Assembly (NCBI GenBank): GCA_009914755.4
Contig: CP068257.2
Span: 36,288,001 to 36,352,000, forward strand
DNA: 64,000 nt
Reading direction: 5' to 3'
Source: the human T2T-CHM13v2.0 reference genome, Homo sapiens
The notes beneath the pieces were generated by a model. It was not told the origin of the DNA, did not search any database, and was given only the letters and a program-made list of their open reading frames with translations. The translations under genes and the position numbers were made by a program. The stretch's first letter is position 1. Every line of letters starts with the position of its first letter. This document shows positions 12,256-23,287 of this stretch, in pieces.

Positions 12256-14699
12256 GTAAGTTATTCCCGGAGAAACGCCTGGAAAGCAGGAAAGAGCCGA
12301 AGCTCGGGGAGCAGTTTTGTCTGCTGGTTGTAGGGGTTCGGCTTTTAGGGTTTTGTGAGATAAGGAAAAAGAGGCTCTGGGCACTGCCTCCCACCGGGCT
12401 GAAATCCGTGAGAGGCAGCCCCGGCGCGGGAGCCGGAGCCTGCACCGCCCAGAGGGGGCGCAGCGAGCGGCCGGGACGGAGGGGAGGGGCCCTATCCCTG
12501 AGCTTTGCTTGCACCTGGTGGCGCCCCAGCCTGCTGCCCCATTCAGTCCCTTCTGTCCTGTCCACTGCAACTGGGACCTGGTCCCGGCTGCTGCATCATC
12601 ACCCCATCCTTATATGATGTCTCTGGGGTCACTGGAGACAAAGAATGGCCTTTTCCAAGAATGACCCAGGCTGCCTTCAAAGTTGAATTTGTCAGGATAA
12701 GCCCCTTAGACAAAGGTCTACTCCACTCTTTGAATCTAACTTGCTTTGTGCTGTTATTCCAGGGGCCCCTCATAGTGCTCCCCTCTTGCACCCCCTCTTT
12801 TTCTTATGGTCATCAAAAACAATGGTTCTACATTTCCAAAGTCTTCCCATAAATTGCTTCTACCTATGAACAGAACTCTCTTTTATGCTGTCTTTTTCCT
12901 AGGGATGAATGGATTGACAAATTGTAAGAGTAGCGAATACCATTGGCTAGTAATTTTATAATGGCCCTTTCAATAACTGGCTATTCTTGTGCTGCTTTAT
13001 GAAGTGGCTTTCCTTCCACAAGGCACAGAATCTCTACCTCAAAGAAGGTGACCTTATTTTAGAGAGAAGGCTTACGGAAACCTCTTATTTCCAAGATTAT
13101 TTTATTCTACATACATACATTTTAATTACCTAGCAATTCAGGTCCCCTCAAGAATGCTGTCTGCCCTCTAAAAATGACTGTAATATGGAGAGGTGTTTGT
13201 GTCAATTTGCATCCAAAGTCATGTAAAAGTCAACCGTACACACGGCCTGTGAGCTTGTATTTGCTGTTGATTTTCCCTAAGAGGTTGTAATCTGACTTGC
13301 TATTACTTCTGAGTCATATATCCCATATACAGAAGATATGAGTATGTGTAATATCTGTAGTATGTGTAATACGTGCTCCACAATGCCTGCTGGATCTAGT
13401 GATAGTGTTACAAATAAACAAAGAACAACTGAACCAAATAATCCCTGAGAGACCAGGAATACAAATGCAAGATGCAGGATTTCGGTGGACACAGCCTTAG
13501 AACATTAAAAGAACAACCCATGTTGACTATAGTTGTGTAAAGGGCATTCTGTTTAATCTGTGAAGCTGCTATGGGTATGCCTGCTAATTTTGATGATATA
13601 TACTTTTACCAGTAGAATGATTTCACAAAGTATCTTTCTTACAAGATATTAGACTAAATAAGAAAGTCAAGAGTTGGAAGTAACCTATTTGTCTCCTTCA
13701 AATACTTTGAAAACTCCCCTACTTGAAACAGCTGCCGGGGTGATGTGGGCAATAGCACTTTGTGAATGGCATAAGAGCACGTGTTGAATGAGATGGATCC
13801 CATTAACACAGCCTGGGATTTGATAAACACCAGAGACAAGAGCAATTGGCTTAACTGAATTCATTCATTTATTCCGTAGAGTTCTGATAAAGTGATCTGC
13901 ATGGGTGTAACTAAGAGACTGCAGCCACATCTGAAAATCAGGCGAGCTGTGCTTCAGAGCTGCAAATTGTGGCTCCTCTGAGCTCCTGAGAGCCTGGTCT
14001 CTCAAACTACATTGTGTTTAGCTTGTCTGAAATCTCACTTATATATCTATTTTATGATTTCAGGTGAAGGCAAGGCCTGGGGGAGAAGATCTTTCAGGGT
14101 AAATCAGTGCTCCAAATCTCACAGTGACTTTTATAATTGATTGATTATGTCATACAGATGAGACTGGTTTGTCTCCCACATATAAAGCTGTAATGGAGAC
14201 TTATTAGCTAGTAAAATTAACAAACTGAATTATCTTGACGGGCTGTCATTTGTTTTGGGTAATCTTGTTTTTCTCTGTCATTGATTGCGGCAATTTATAA
14301 ACCATTCTATCTTCTTGGCCCATGTGTAGATCTGGCCTTGCCTTAGACAGGCTGACACCAGAACTAAGATGGTTGGGAGTTTTTGGTCTCCACCCTTGGG
14401 CCAGTACTTGTTTTAGATTTAAGACCTTAGCTGTTGTGGGTCTAACTATTAAGAGACCTAGTTCTTTTTCAGTTTCACTCCCCTGCCTGCTTTCTCCACA
14501 AAAACCCTACCACAGATAAACAATATATTTAAAATGCAGAGATGGGAACATAAATTTTAAAAAATTTATTTTGTCTATAAAAGGACATCTTAAAGAGTAT
14601 CAAGAGATAAGTGTTAAAATTATTCTATTTTACATTTGTACTTCCAGTGTACTGAATGTGATATAGGAGTTAAGAAGCAATTACTTAGGCAGATAGTAA

Positions 14700-15230
14700 G
14701 GGTATGGGAGTCCTAGGTAAGGCTTTTCTTTTTAATGAAAATCAGCCCCAAATAATTTTCTAAGAGAGCAAGCAGCCTGCAAGCTGGGAGCTTGCACAGG
14801 TGAATGCGGGCAGGAACTAAGGACTAAAGATGTTAAATATGGCGGTCCCATCTTCCCGTCTCTGTTAGCCACGTGTACTGTAAACGAGCAGACAAGATGG
14901 TGCCAATCAACTGGAAAGTCCATTTGCATAAGAAGATTAGGGTGGGGCAACTAGCCTTCCCAGCACACTATGTAGACATCATACCTGAGTGAACCAACCT
15001 GTGAGCCCTCTGTAAATCAGACACCGCCTTCTCCAGCCTGCGTATAAAATCTGCTGCGGTCCTCTACCTTCTCCCTTTTCCACGTGTCTCTTGCTCGTGA
15101 GGAGCTGCTCTCCCCTCCTCTCTCCTTTCTTCTATTACACTTTCTGCTCCTTAACCCACTCACCTGTGTCTGTGTGCCGAATTCTTTCTCAGTGCATGAC
15201 AATGAACCCCAGGGTATATACCACAGACAG
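14700..15230 (+). mobile_element. ERV-class LTR-like sequence (copy A); family not assignable
   Basis: LTR-like architecture: U3-like region with CCAAT (ggtgccaatcaactgg), TATA (gcgtataaaatctgc) and an R/U5-like tail. Homologous to copy B about 1 kb downstream. Confidence 0.35.
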
Positions 15231-15699
15231 CAGTAGCCACTTCAGATGGATTTCATTCATGTCTCTTATTTAGGGAATATCTGTAAACAGCGGTTGGTAT
15301 TTCTTTGATTGATTATAAATTTGGAGATGTATTAAGAAATACATCTTAATTCTTAAGAAATATTTCTAGGTGTAAAAAGTTAAGAATTTTTGCTAAGGAG
15401 GGGGTTTCAGAGGGGTTTTAGCTCTGAGGCATTTTGGGGCTGGTCTTTAGAACTTTAGGATAATTTAGAACAATTATTGAGTTATGCCCTTTTCCCTTGA
15501 TACACTTTTATCTCCTACGTGTTTTCCTTATTTTTGTTACAGTAGGTAGCTAGTCAGACATGAGCAGGGCAGAAGAGGGCCTTCCCCACCAGGCATGCCA
15601 GGAGACCGTCAGGTGATGGTCAGGCAGTTGTTAAACTGTCCGTCTACAATAATAATTGGTCACAGCTGGCACCAGAAAAAGTGGTCTCCCAATAGACAG

Positions 15700-16200
15700 A
15701 AACACCGAAGCTGGTGATCAGCAGCTTCCTGATGACATCTCAGGACTTAGGTGAGTGGGCTCAAGCATGTGGACTAAGGCAAAATGGCACAGTTTAACTG
15801 TCATCTAACCTTCTTCTAGGAACACTTGGCTGGTAAGGGAAGAACGCCTCAAGTGAGCATGCATACAACTCCAGTAAACACTGCACATGTGGCCCCTCTC
15901 AAGTGCTGGCAGACCATGGCACATGCAAACAGCCCACCCCAAGAGAAGAATCAGGGTAGAAGGCACACAACACCCGGGAAGTATGCCAACGCATAAAACC
16001 CGAAGTCAAAGGTCAAACAGTGCACTTGATCTCGCAAGTCGCCCACTTGGCCCTCTTCCAAGTGTACTTTACTTCCTTTTGTTCCTGCTCTAAAACTTTT
16101 TAATACACTTTCACTCCTGCTCTAAAACTTGCCTCGGTTTCTCACTCTGCCTTATGCCCCTCAGTCGAATTCTTTCTTCTGAGAAGGCAAGAATTGAGGA
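15700..16200 (+). mobile_element. ERV-class LTR-like sequence (copy B), divergent homologue of copy A
   Basis: Shares gactaagg..aaatggc, gcataaaac, aatacactttc.ctcctgctc and gtcgaattctttct blocks with 14700-15230. Contains an internal 14-bp direct duplication cctgctctaaaact. Confidence 0.35.
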
Positions 16201-18220
16201 TCCTGCAGACCACACAGACTTGCCGATACTAACACTTTAAAATGACGTTCACCATTTCTACTAATCTTAAGTCATAAATACTTATGAATGTCCTGAAATC
16301 ATATATTTTTATTTTAATTTCATGGCTTGATAAATAAGTGCAGTCAGAAGACTATTTGATAGATTCTTTCTTATATGATGTTTTATTAGTTCATTGTTTA
16401 GCAGGTATATCCTTTTTAATCATAGTCTTCTCCCCAAAAATGTATTAAAATGCAATTTAGAAAATTATAATAGCTTTGAATATAATATTTCAAAAGACCA
16501 GGGGAGGTGACAATTACAAAAATTACATAAATGAAACCTAGTTAATCTTCCTTTACCTCTTACTGGAATTAATTCTAATTAGCATGACATCTGCACAACA
16601 AAAACATTCAAGGCCAAAATAAGTGAATTAAATTGGTACGTTGCTCTTTCTCATTCATTTGCTAAAATGCCTAGATTCTTTATTTTCTACTGAAATTCTT
16701 AAGGAATGAGGATATGAGGTGGAGAGAATCAGATAAAGTTCCTTTTTTTGTGTGCTATTGCAACTCTCTGTGAGTCACCTCCTATAGCCACCCTGGACAA
16801 CAAGCAATTATTAACCTACTGGATCTTGTCTGCTTTCAGCAGAAGTGAAGCTCCTGCTCCGCATTCCCAAGCTTACATAGTTCTCCTGCTAGGACGTTAC
16901 CTACCTTCCCTCTTAGAAATACAGTTCAGAGTCCAGTTCCAAATTCCAGGTCATCCTTGGTGATCTTAAGCCAGATGCAAATATTTAGGCAGTCTCAGCC
17001 CCCAGCACCTATGCCAAGTGATGGGTTAAGGCAAGAATTTTCTGCTATATCATTTTATCTGAAAAATGGTGTTGTAGATAGTGTTCTTTGGGAAGCAGAC
17101 TCTGAGATGAAGTTTTGTGTGCTTAATGTTTATTAGGGACGTTTCTAAAGGATGTAATGTTTGTGTGATCAACACCTATGGAAGGGATAGAAATGAAGTA
17201 GGACTGGGCACAGGACCCTTGCCTTGGCTGATCTCACTGGGAGCTCTGAGCTAAAATGGCCCATTGGAGTTGTCCTGATTTGGTTCCAAATGGCCTCCAC
17301 CAGCTCAGTCACTGGATGTCCCTCAGTTGGGCAAGGGCATGACTTTGGGCCAGGCAGCTCTTTGCACCTGATAGCAAAATGCAGTCTACAACAGCCTTCT
17401 AGCAGCTAGGTCAACAAGCCCTTACTGGAAGGGGGATCCGGAGGGCATATCTCATTGCCCACCACAAGTGGGGATAATAACATTACCTACTGCATAGGAT
17501 TATTATGACTGCTACATACCGTAACTGTGAAGCAGCTTCATTGTGCATTGGTTACCACTTCAGCCCATCTTGGGTGGCAATTTTACTACTTGTCTGAGTC
17601 TGGCGAGATAGAATACTCATACACACAGCAAGTTACATGAAGTAGGTTTATTACCTGCAGACAGGCAGCAAGGGACAAGAGAAGCCTAGGACCAGGGTGA
17701 GCTGGCTTCCCAAGACTCAGGAAAGCTGCCCCGGGTGGGTGAAATCTCATCTGGATGTGCTCCACTTCACGCTGCAGCTGAGTGCCCCCAGAAATCACCC
17801 TGCCCTGGGTTTTATACCTCAGAGCAAGATTTGCTGAGCTAAAGCATTGAAAGATATTCTATGTGCAGGGGGAGCAGGAGAGTACAGGCTATTCCAGACT
17901 ACTTTTTTTTTTTTTTTAATTTCAGGATGTTGCATTCCCAGCATATACTACAGTTATTCTTGAGAAACAAGTGTGTAAGGAGGAAGAACTGGTTCAAGGC
18001 CACCCAGAAAGCTGTTCTGCAATAACCCATAGAAACAGTGGAGCACAGGTTCTGGTATATAATAACACTTAATACATGTCAGATATTTATTAATTCATGA
18101 TGCTAATCATCTGTAAGATTAAGAAAACTGAAGACTGTGTATTTTCAAGTGGTTCCAGATTTGTATCCACCCAGTTTCAAGTCCACTGGGACTTCAATCC
18201 AATTTCAAATCCCCCTCTTT

Positions 18221-18645
18221 TTTTAAAATTTTAGTGTAAGTTCTGGGATACATGTGCAGAACGTGCAGGTTTGTCACATAGGTATACATGTGCCATCGTG
18301 GTTTGCTGCACCTATCAACCCATCATCTGGGTCTTAAGCCCTGCATACATTAGATATGTGTCCTAATGCTCTCTCTCCCCTTGCTCCCCACCCCCTGACA
18401 GGGCCCAGTGTGTGATGTTCCCCTCCCTGTGTGCATGTGTTCTCATTGTTCAACTCCCACTTTTGAGTGAGAATCTGCAGTGTTTGGTTTTCTGTTCCTG
18501 TGTTAGTTTGCTGAGAATGACGGCTTCCAGCTTCATCCACGTCCCTGCAAAGGACATGAACTCATTCTTTTTTATTGCTGCATAGTATTCCATGGTGTGT
18601 ATGTGCCACATTTTCTTTACCCAGTCTATCATTGATGGACATTTG
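18221..18645 (-). mobile_element. LINE-1, 5'-truncated 3' end (about 425 bp), minus orientation
   Basis: Reverse complement of the L1 3'UTR/ORF2 end (ttctgggatacatgtgcagaacgtgcaggtttgtcacataggtatacatgtgccat...tatcattgatggacatttg). Flanked by a 14-bp TSD CAAATCCCCCTCTT at 18206-18219 and 18646-18659. The track ORF 18450-18632(-) is the ORF2 C-terminus. Confidence 0.9.
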
Positions 18646-19371
18646 CAAATCCCCCTCTTCTAGTAACAGTAAAATACCAAAAATGGTTCTTATTGTCTCT
18701 GATTAGTTAATAAACCCCATCTCTGAATCAATTACTGTGGCCAGAAGGATGGAATGCTAGATATGGTCTGTTGGACCCTGACATATATTTCCACTTACTT
18801 CTGGTGCCCTGACTCAGGAATACACCATTCTTCAGAATAAAAAGAACCCAAGACTTTGGCATCAATTGCTTCTCCTTCAGTCTGAAGGGGAAGGGGCCTA
18901 GTGGATAGTAAATGTTCAAGAAATACTATATAATCCTCTAATTACAACACAGAAAAGTTTGGTTTTCTTTCTTTTTGTTGAAAACAGATAGTGGCAAATT
19001 ATCTTTTTTAGGCTCATAAGAAACTTTGGTAACCATATAAATGGATTCACTTTCTCTTCTTACAGTATTTCTCAACACTCAGTGATTTGTTTAGGTAGGT
19101 ATTTCCTCCTATTTTCTCTTTATTTAGAACTAAAGTGGAAGAAATAAAATGTAGAATCAATAAAAATTCCAAAGAGTCCACAAGGGAAACAAGCATCCCA
19201 GCCAGGATGGAGTGATGCTACAGTTTAACACTGAGATCCATGAAATTGATTGCTGTGGCAAATAAAGAAGAACAGATCTTATTTGTGGCCTCAATTCTCT
19301 GAGTTGTTGTGCCTACTTGAATTTATCTGCTGGCTCAAGACCCATTTAGTAGTGGGAAAGAGAACACTGGC

Positions 19372-19394
19372 AAAAAAAAAAAAAAAAAAAAAAA
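19372..19394. repeat. poly(A) homopolymer (~23 nt)
   Basis: Direct reading. Confidence 0.9.
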
Positions 19395-19934
19395 GAATAT
19401 AAAGATCATAGAACCAGAAACCGTAGGAGCTGGAAGTCCCCTTAGAGATTATCTGGTTCCTTTTCAACTTCTATCAGCCATTCTCTGACCCACAACTAAG
19501 ACCCCAAGGCATCCTTTACCTCCTAAACATGTTGATTTGTTTCCGTCTCCCTTACTTTTAAACTCTTGGATAGCCTGTCTATTATTCACCATGTGAAAGC
19601 CTTTTACATCATCTCTCAAATCTCTAGCTTCTTCCTTATCTTTGAGCCTACTGGAATACAATTCTGTCTTATGCATTAAACATGATGGTATGTTTTGTGT
19701 TACTATTTATAGTAACATAAAAATGAAAATCACACACTTATTTTCCATGAAGTTATGTGATCCTTTTCAAACAAATATAATTCAGGAGAAAACAAGGATA
19801 TAAGATAATACAATAATGCCAGGATAAATTTTTCCCAAGATATTTCATGAAGTAACAAAATAATAGCAGAACCTTCAGAATTTAAGTTATCTTGGACAAA
19901 TTACTTAACTTTTTAGGCCCTCTAAAGTAGTAAT

Positions 19935-20545
19935 AACAATAATATCTAGTATTAGTGTTCTGTTGCTAAACAATTACTGCAAACATAACAGCTTTAAAAG
20001 TAGCCATTTATTAGCTCATAGTTCTGTAGGTCAGAAGTCCCAGCAGGATGTGGGTGGGTTTTCAGCTCAGGATATCACAATACTGACATCAAGGTGTCAA
20101 CCAGGCTGGGTTCTTGTCTGGAGGTTCTGGGAAAGAATACACTTCCAAGCTTATTCTTGTTATTGACAGAATTTAGTTTCTTGTAGTTGTAGGACTGGTG
20201 TCTCCATTTTTTTACTGGCTGTCAGTGAGGGGGCTGTCCTTTGCTCTGAGAGTCTATCTGAATTTCTTGCCATGTGGTCCCTCCATTTTTAAGCCAGCAA
20301 TGTCACATCAAATCCTTCCCATGTTTTAATTCCCTGACATCTTCTGCTACCAGCTACATAAAACTCTCTTTCTCTTTTTTAAACAGGCTCATGTGGTTAG
20401 GTAAGGCGCACCTAGATCATCTCTCTATCTTAAGGTCAACTGATTTGGGACATTAATTATGTCTGAAAAATTTCTTCACAGCACTATTTAGGTTAACGTT
20501 TGATTGACTATCTTGTGTGTACACAAGGGATAGGAATATTGGGGG
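19935..20545 (+). mobile_element. Ancient L1 (L1M-type) 3'-end fragment
   Basis: Matches the widespread old-L1 3'-end motif family (...ctgttgctaaacaattactgcaaac...tagttctgtaggtcagaagtcc...tcaaggtgtcaaccaggctg...). Divergent. Confidence 0.45.
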
Positions 20546-21687
20546 CATCTTGGAATTCTGCTGCCACATACCTACTTCATAGATCTTTTACTAAATGAGA
20601 TAATACATGGGTAAACAGTGTATTAAAAGTTAAGTTTTGTTGGAAACACTAAGGAACATGTATTTTTGCTGATCTGCTGGATCACTTCATTGGTGTGAAG
20701 CAGCAGCTGGGCCTGCAACTGCTCCACCTTCCTCTGGATCTTCCTCCAGCTTCTCCAACTGCCCAGCCAGATGTGTGTGATTTTAGCTCTGTGATGAAGG
20801 GCTCTCACCAAGGCCAGAGACAATAAAAATTGACACAAGGTTCAGTTCATCCTTGTGGTGTTTCAGCACATGCTTATGGGTTCCAGCCTGTTTGTACCGT
20901 ATTACATCACTGCTATCGTACCTACACTTCTAGCTGGTCTCCTAAGGGCTAAGATCATAGTAGTAGATGCCATTTTCTATTATCGTCTTGTGTTCTCTCT
21001 ACCCTCTGTCAGCACATCAGCAGGATGAACTTCTTTACCTGAATAGGTGACTCCAACTTTCATTGGTTAGAACGAGGGACCCTGGTGGTATGATTATTAC
21101 GTTGCCAGTTTTCCAGGATTATTGAACAACTAATAAGAAATGCTTTAGAGAATTTCCTGGATTCAAAAATATGTCTTCTTGCTCATGCTAAAGAGCACCA
21201 CCTCAATTTCTCTCTGGTAATCATCACAACAGTTAGGGACTCCTTTTCTGCCTATTGGTTTTGTAGCATAAGGAGTCCCAAAAGGGTAGGGTGCAATCTC
21301 AGCTTCCAATGCATCAGGACTACTGTATGTTCCTTGGTAGACGCTTTCCTCCCTGAAACACTAGGACCTCTAAACCCATCAGGCCAAGGTAGTAGGAAGG
21401 AGAAGCAAACATTATTTGGTAAAATAGTGATGGGGCCAAACCCCCTTTGCCCTATTGGTTATTGGCTATACATTATATGCATTCTGGATAAGTGACATCA
21501 CATGCATTGGTTGCCAGTTTATGGCATTTACCACACCTTGTAAGGCAGGATCCAAACCTCACAGGGTGCTGTCTCCCAGCTGGTGTCATAAAAGAGTTTT
21601 CAGAAGACCATTCCACCATTCCACCAAGCAGCTGTTGCTCAACAGGAGAAACTTCCAGCCAATCAACACAATCATAAGAAATAGTAA

Positions 21688-21691
<4 letters not shown>

Positions 21692-21729
<38 letters not shown>
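21692..21729. repeat. poly(T) homopolymer (~38 nt)
   Basis: Direct reading. No recognisable Alu body adjacent. Confidence 0.9.
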
Positions 21730-21732
<3 letters not shown>

Positions 21733-22925
21733 TTTCTTATAAGTCTCTATGTTCTGGGGTGGTTTGTTATTCAGAAATAGGTAATCAAAACAAAAATCAG
21801 TATCTAGAAGTGAGGTGCTGCTGTAATAAAAGTAAAACACGAGGCCTTGACTTTGGGACCAGGTAGTGAGCAGGTGCTGGAAGAGAAGCAAGGAAACTGC
21901 TATTGGAAGCTGGAAAGATGGCACTTTGAGTTTTGTAGCAGCTAATCAATTTGCAGAATTGTCACCTGCAGTAACTTGGAAGTTAGAAAATGTACCCGAA
22001 CGTATGGATCTGGCTAAGGGGATTTCCAGGTAGAATGTTGAAAGTGCCAAATGGCTTTCTTAGCTGCGTATAATAACCATTGGAAAAGAGAGAACTGTTC
22101 TGTTTGTAAGCAGAATTTAGGGGAAATATAACAGAGATACAACTTGCTGTTTGGAAAATAATACAGTTTATTATCCCTAGTCTTTCCTAGAGTGAGAAAG
22201 TCTCAAACTAAAAAATAGTCACAGGATAAGGATCAGATGAAGGATATGGCTTCATCTATATGGCTTCAGAGATATGCAAGATCTCTGAAGATTTAAGATG
22301 GTGCCTGGTTACTTCCTCAGCTAGAAAAAAAAGCACTTTAAAGAATCTTCAGGGAATTGTCCTCTAGAAGTTCTAGGTGAGGCCCAAAGTACAGTGATCT
22401 GTCTTGAAAGAAATGATGGTTTTAGATTGGGACACAGGGTAAACTGCAAACATTCTATAAAGAGCTCACAATGTCTTTAAAGGGATTTACCAACTTGAAC
22501 TGAAAGAGACAGGATCAAATCAAAAGGCAACGAGGGTTTGGTTCCCTGACTTTCTATGCGCAGGAAACAGGAAGAGAAAACTGCTCGCATGCAAGTGCAA
22601 GACACTGCTTATGGGAAGGAAAAAGCTCTCACAGAGCAAAGCTGAGAACTTCTAGAGGAAGGAACCAAGAACTGCAAACAATTATTAGAAAGCAGAATTA
22701 AGCCTTAATCGTGGAACACTTCAGGATCCTTGGAGGTGCATGACTGGGTGTATTTCAGAATTGCTATGGGCCAATGACTACTGTATGCCTCTCATTGCTT
22801 TCTATTTTAAGTGGGAACATTGACTGCAATTACCCTGTTCTTGTCTCAACATGGTGTGTTGGATATGTGGGAACAGATAATTTGACTTTTTGTTCACATA
22901 TCTCTAGATTAAGAGTTACTGATAC

Positions 22926-23211
22926 ACACCAACAATCCCAGCAATTTAGGAGGCTGAGGCAGGAGGATTACTTGAAGCTAGGAGTTTGAGACCAGACTGG
23001 ACAACATAGCAAAACCTTGCCTCTACAAAAAAATTTTAAAAAAATTAGCCAGGCGTGGTGGTGCATGCCTGTGGTCCCAGCTACTCAGGAGGATGAAGCA
23101 GGAGTATTGCCTGAGCCCAGAAGTTTGAGGTTGAGGTTGCAGTGAGCCATTATGGCATCACTGCACTCCAGCCTGGGTGACAGCGAGACCCTGTCTCAAG
23201 AAAAAAAAAAA
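22926..23211 (+). mobile_element. Alu SINE, 5'-truncated by about 20 bp
   Basis: aatcccagcaatttaggaggctgaggcaggagg...gcctgggtgacagcgagaccctgtctc plus A-tail. A 13-bp TSD AGAGTTACTGATA at 22913-22925 and 23288-23300 brackets the Alu and the downstream microsatellite. Confidence 0.9.
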
Positions 23212-23287
23212 GAAAAAGGAAGGAAGGAAGGAAGGACAGACGGATGGAGGGAGGGAGGGAAGGAAGGAAGAGAAAGAAAGAAAGAAA
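23212..23287. repeat. (GGAA)n/(GAAA)n microsatellite derived from the Alu A-tail
   Basis: aggaaggaaggaaggacagacggatggagggagggagggaaggaaggaagagaaagaaagaaagaaag lies inside the Alu TSD pair. Confidence 0.85.

Larger units (their letters stand above)
11090..12530. promoter_or_regulatory. CpG island, block 2 (main block, about 1.4 kb)
   Basis: Sustained very high GC with many CpGs (gcggcgacggcggagc, ccggcgtccgcgggtc, gcgcggagagc, gcgccggcgcggtccg). GC-box-like ggggcgggggc at about 12034-12044 and gggggcgggc at about 12129-12138. Confidence 0.8.

Noticed and set aside
11891-12617. Overlapping long ORFs on both strands (224 aa minus, 239 aa plus, plus 158 aa and 156 aa) in the CpG island
   Set aside because: GC-rich DNA is depleted of stop codons, because stop codons are AT-rich. 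Simultaneous long ORFs on both strands and in several frames are the expected artefact. The translations are low-complexity (Pro/Gly/Arg/Ala-rich) with no recognisable domain.
18450-18632. 60-aa ORF MIDWVKKMWHIHTMEYYAAIKKNEFMSFAGTWMKLEAVILSKLTQEQKTKHC…
   Set aside because: This is the C-terminal end of L1 ORF2 from the truncated L1 at 18221-18645, not an independent gene.
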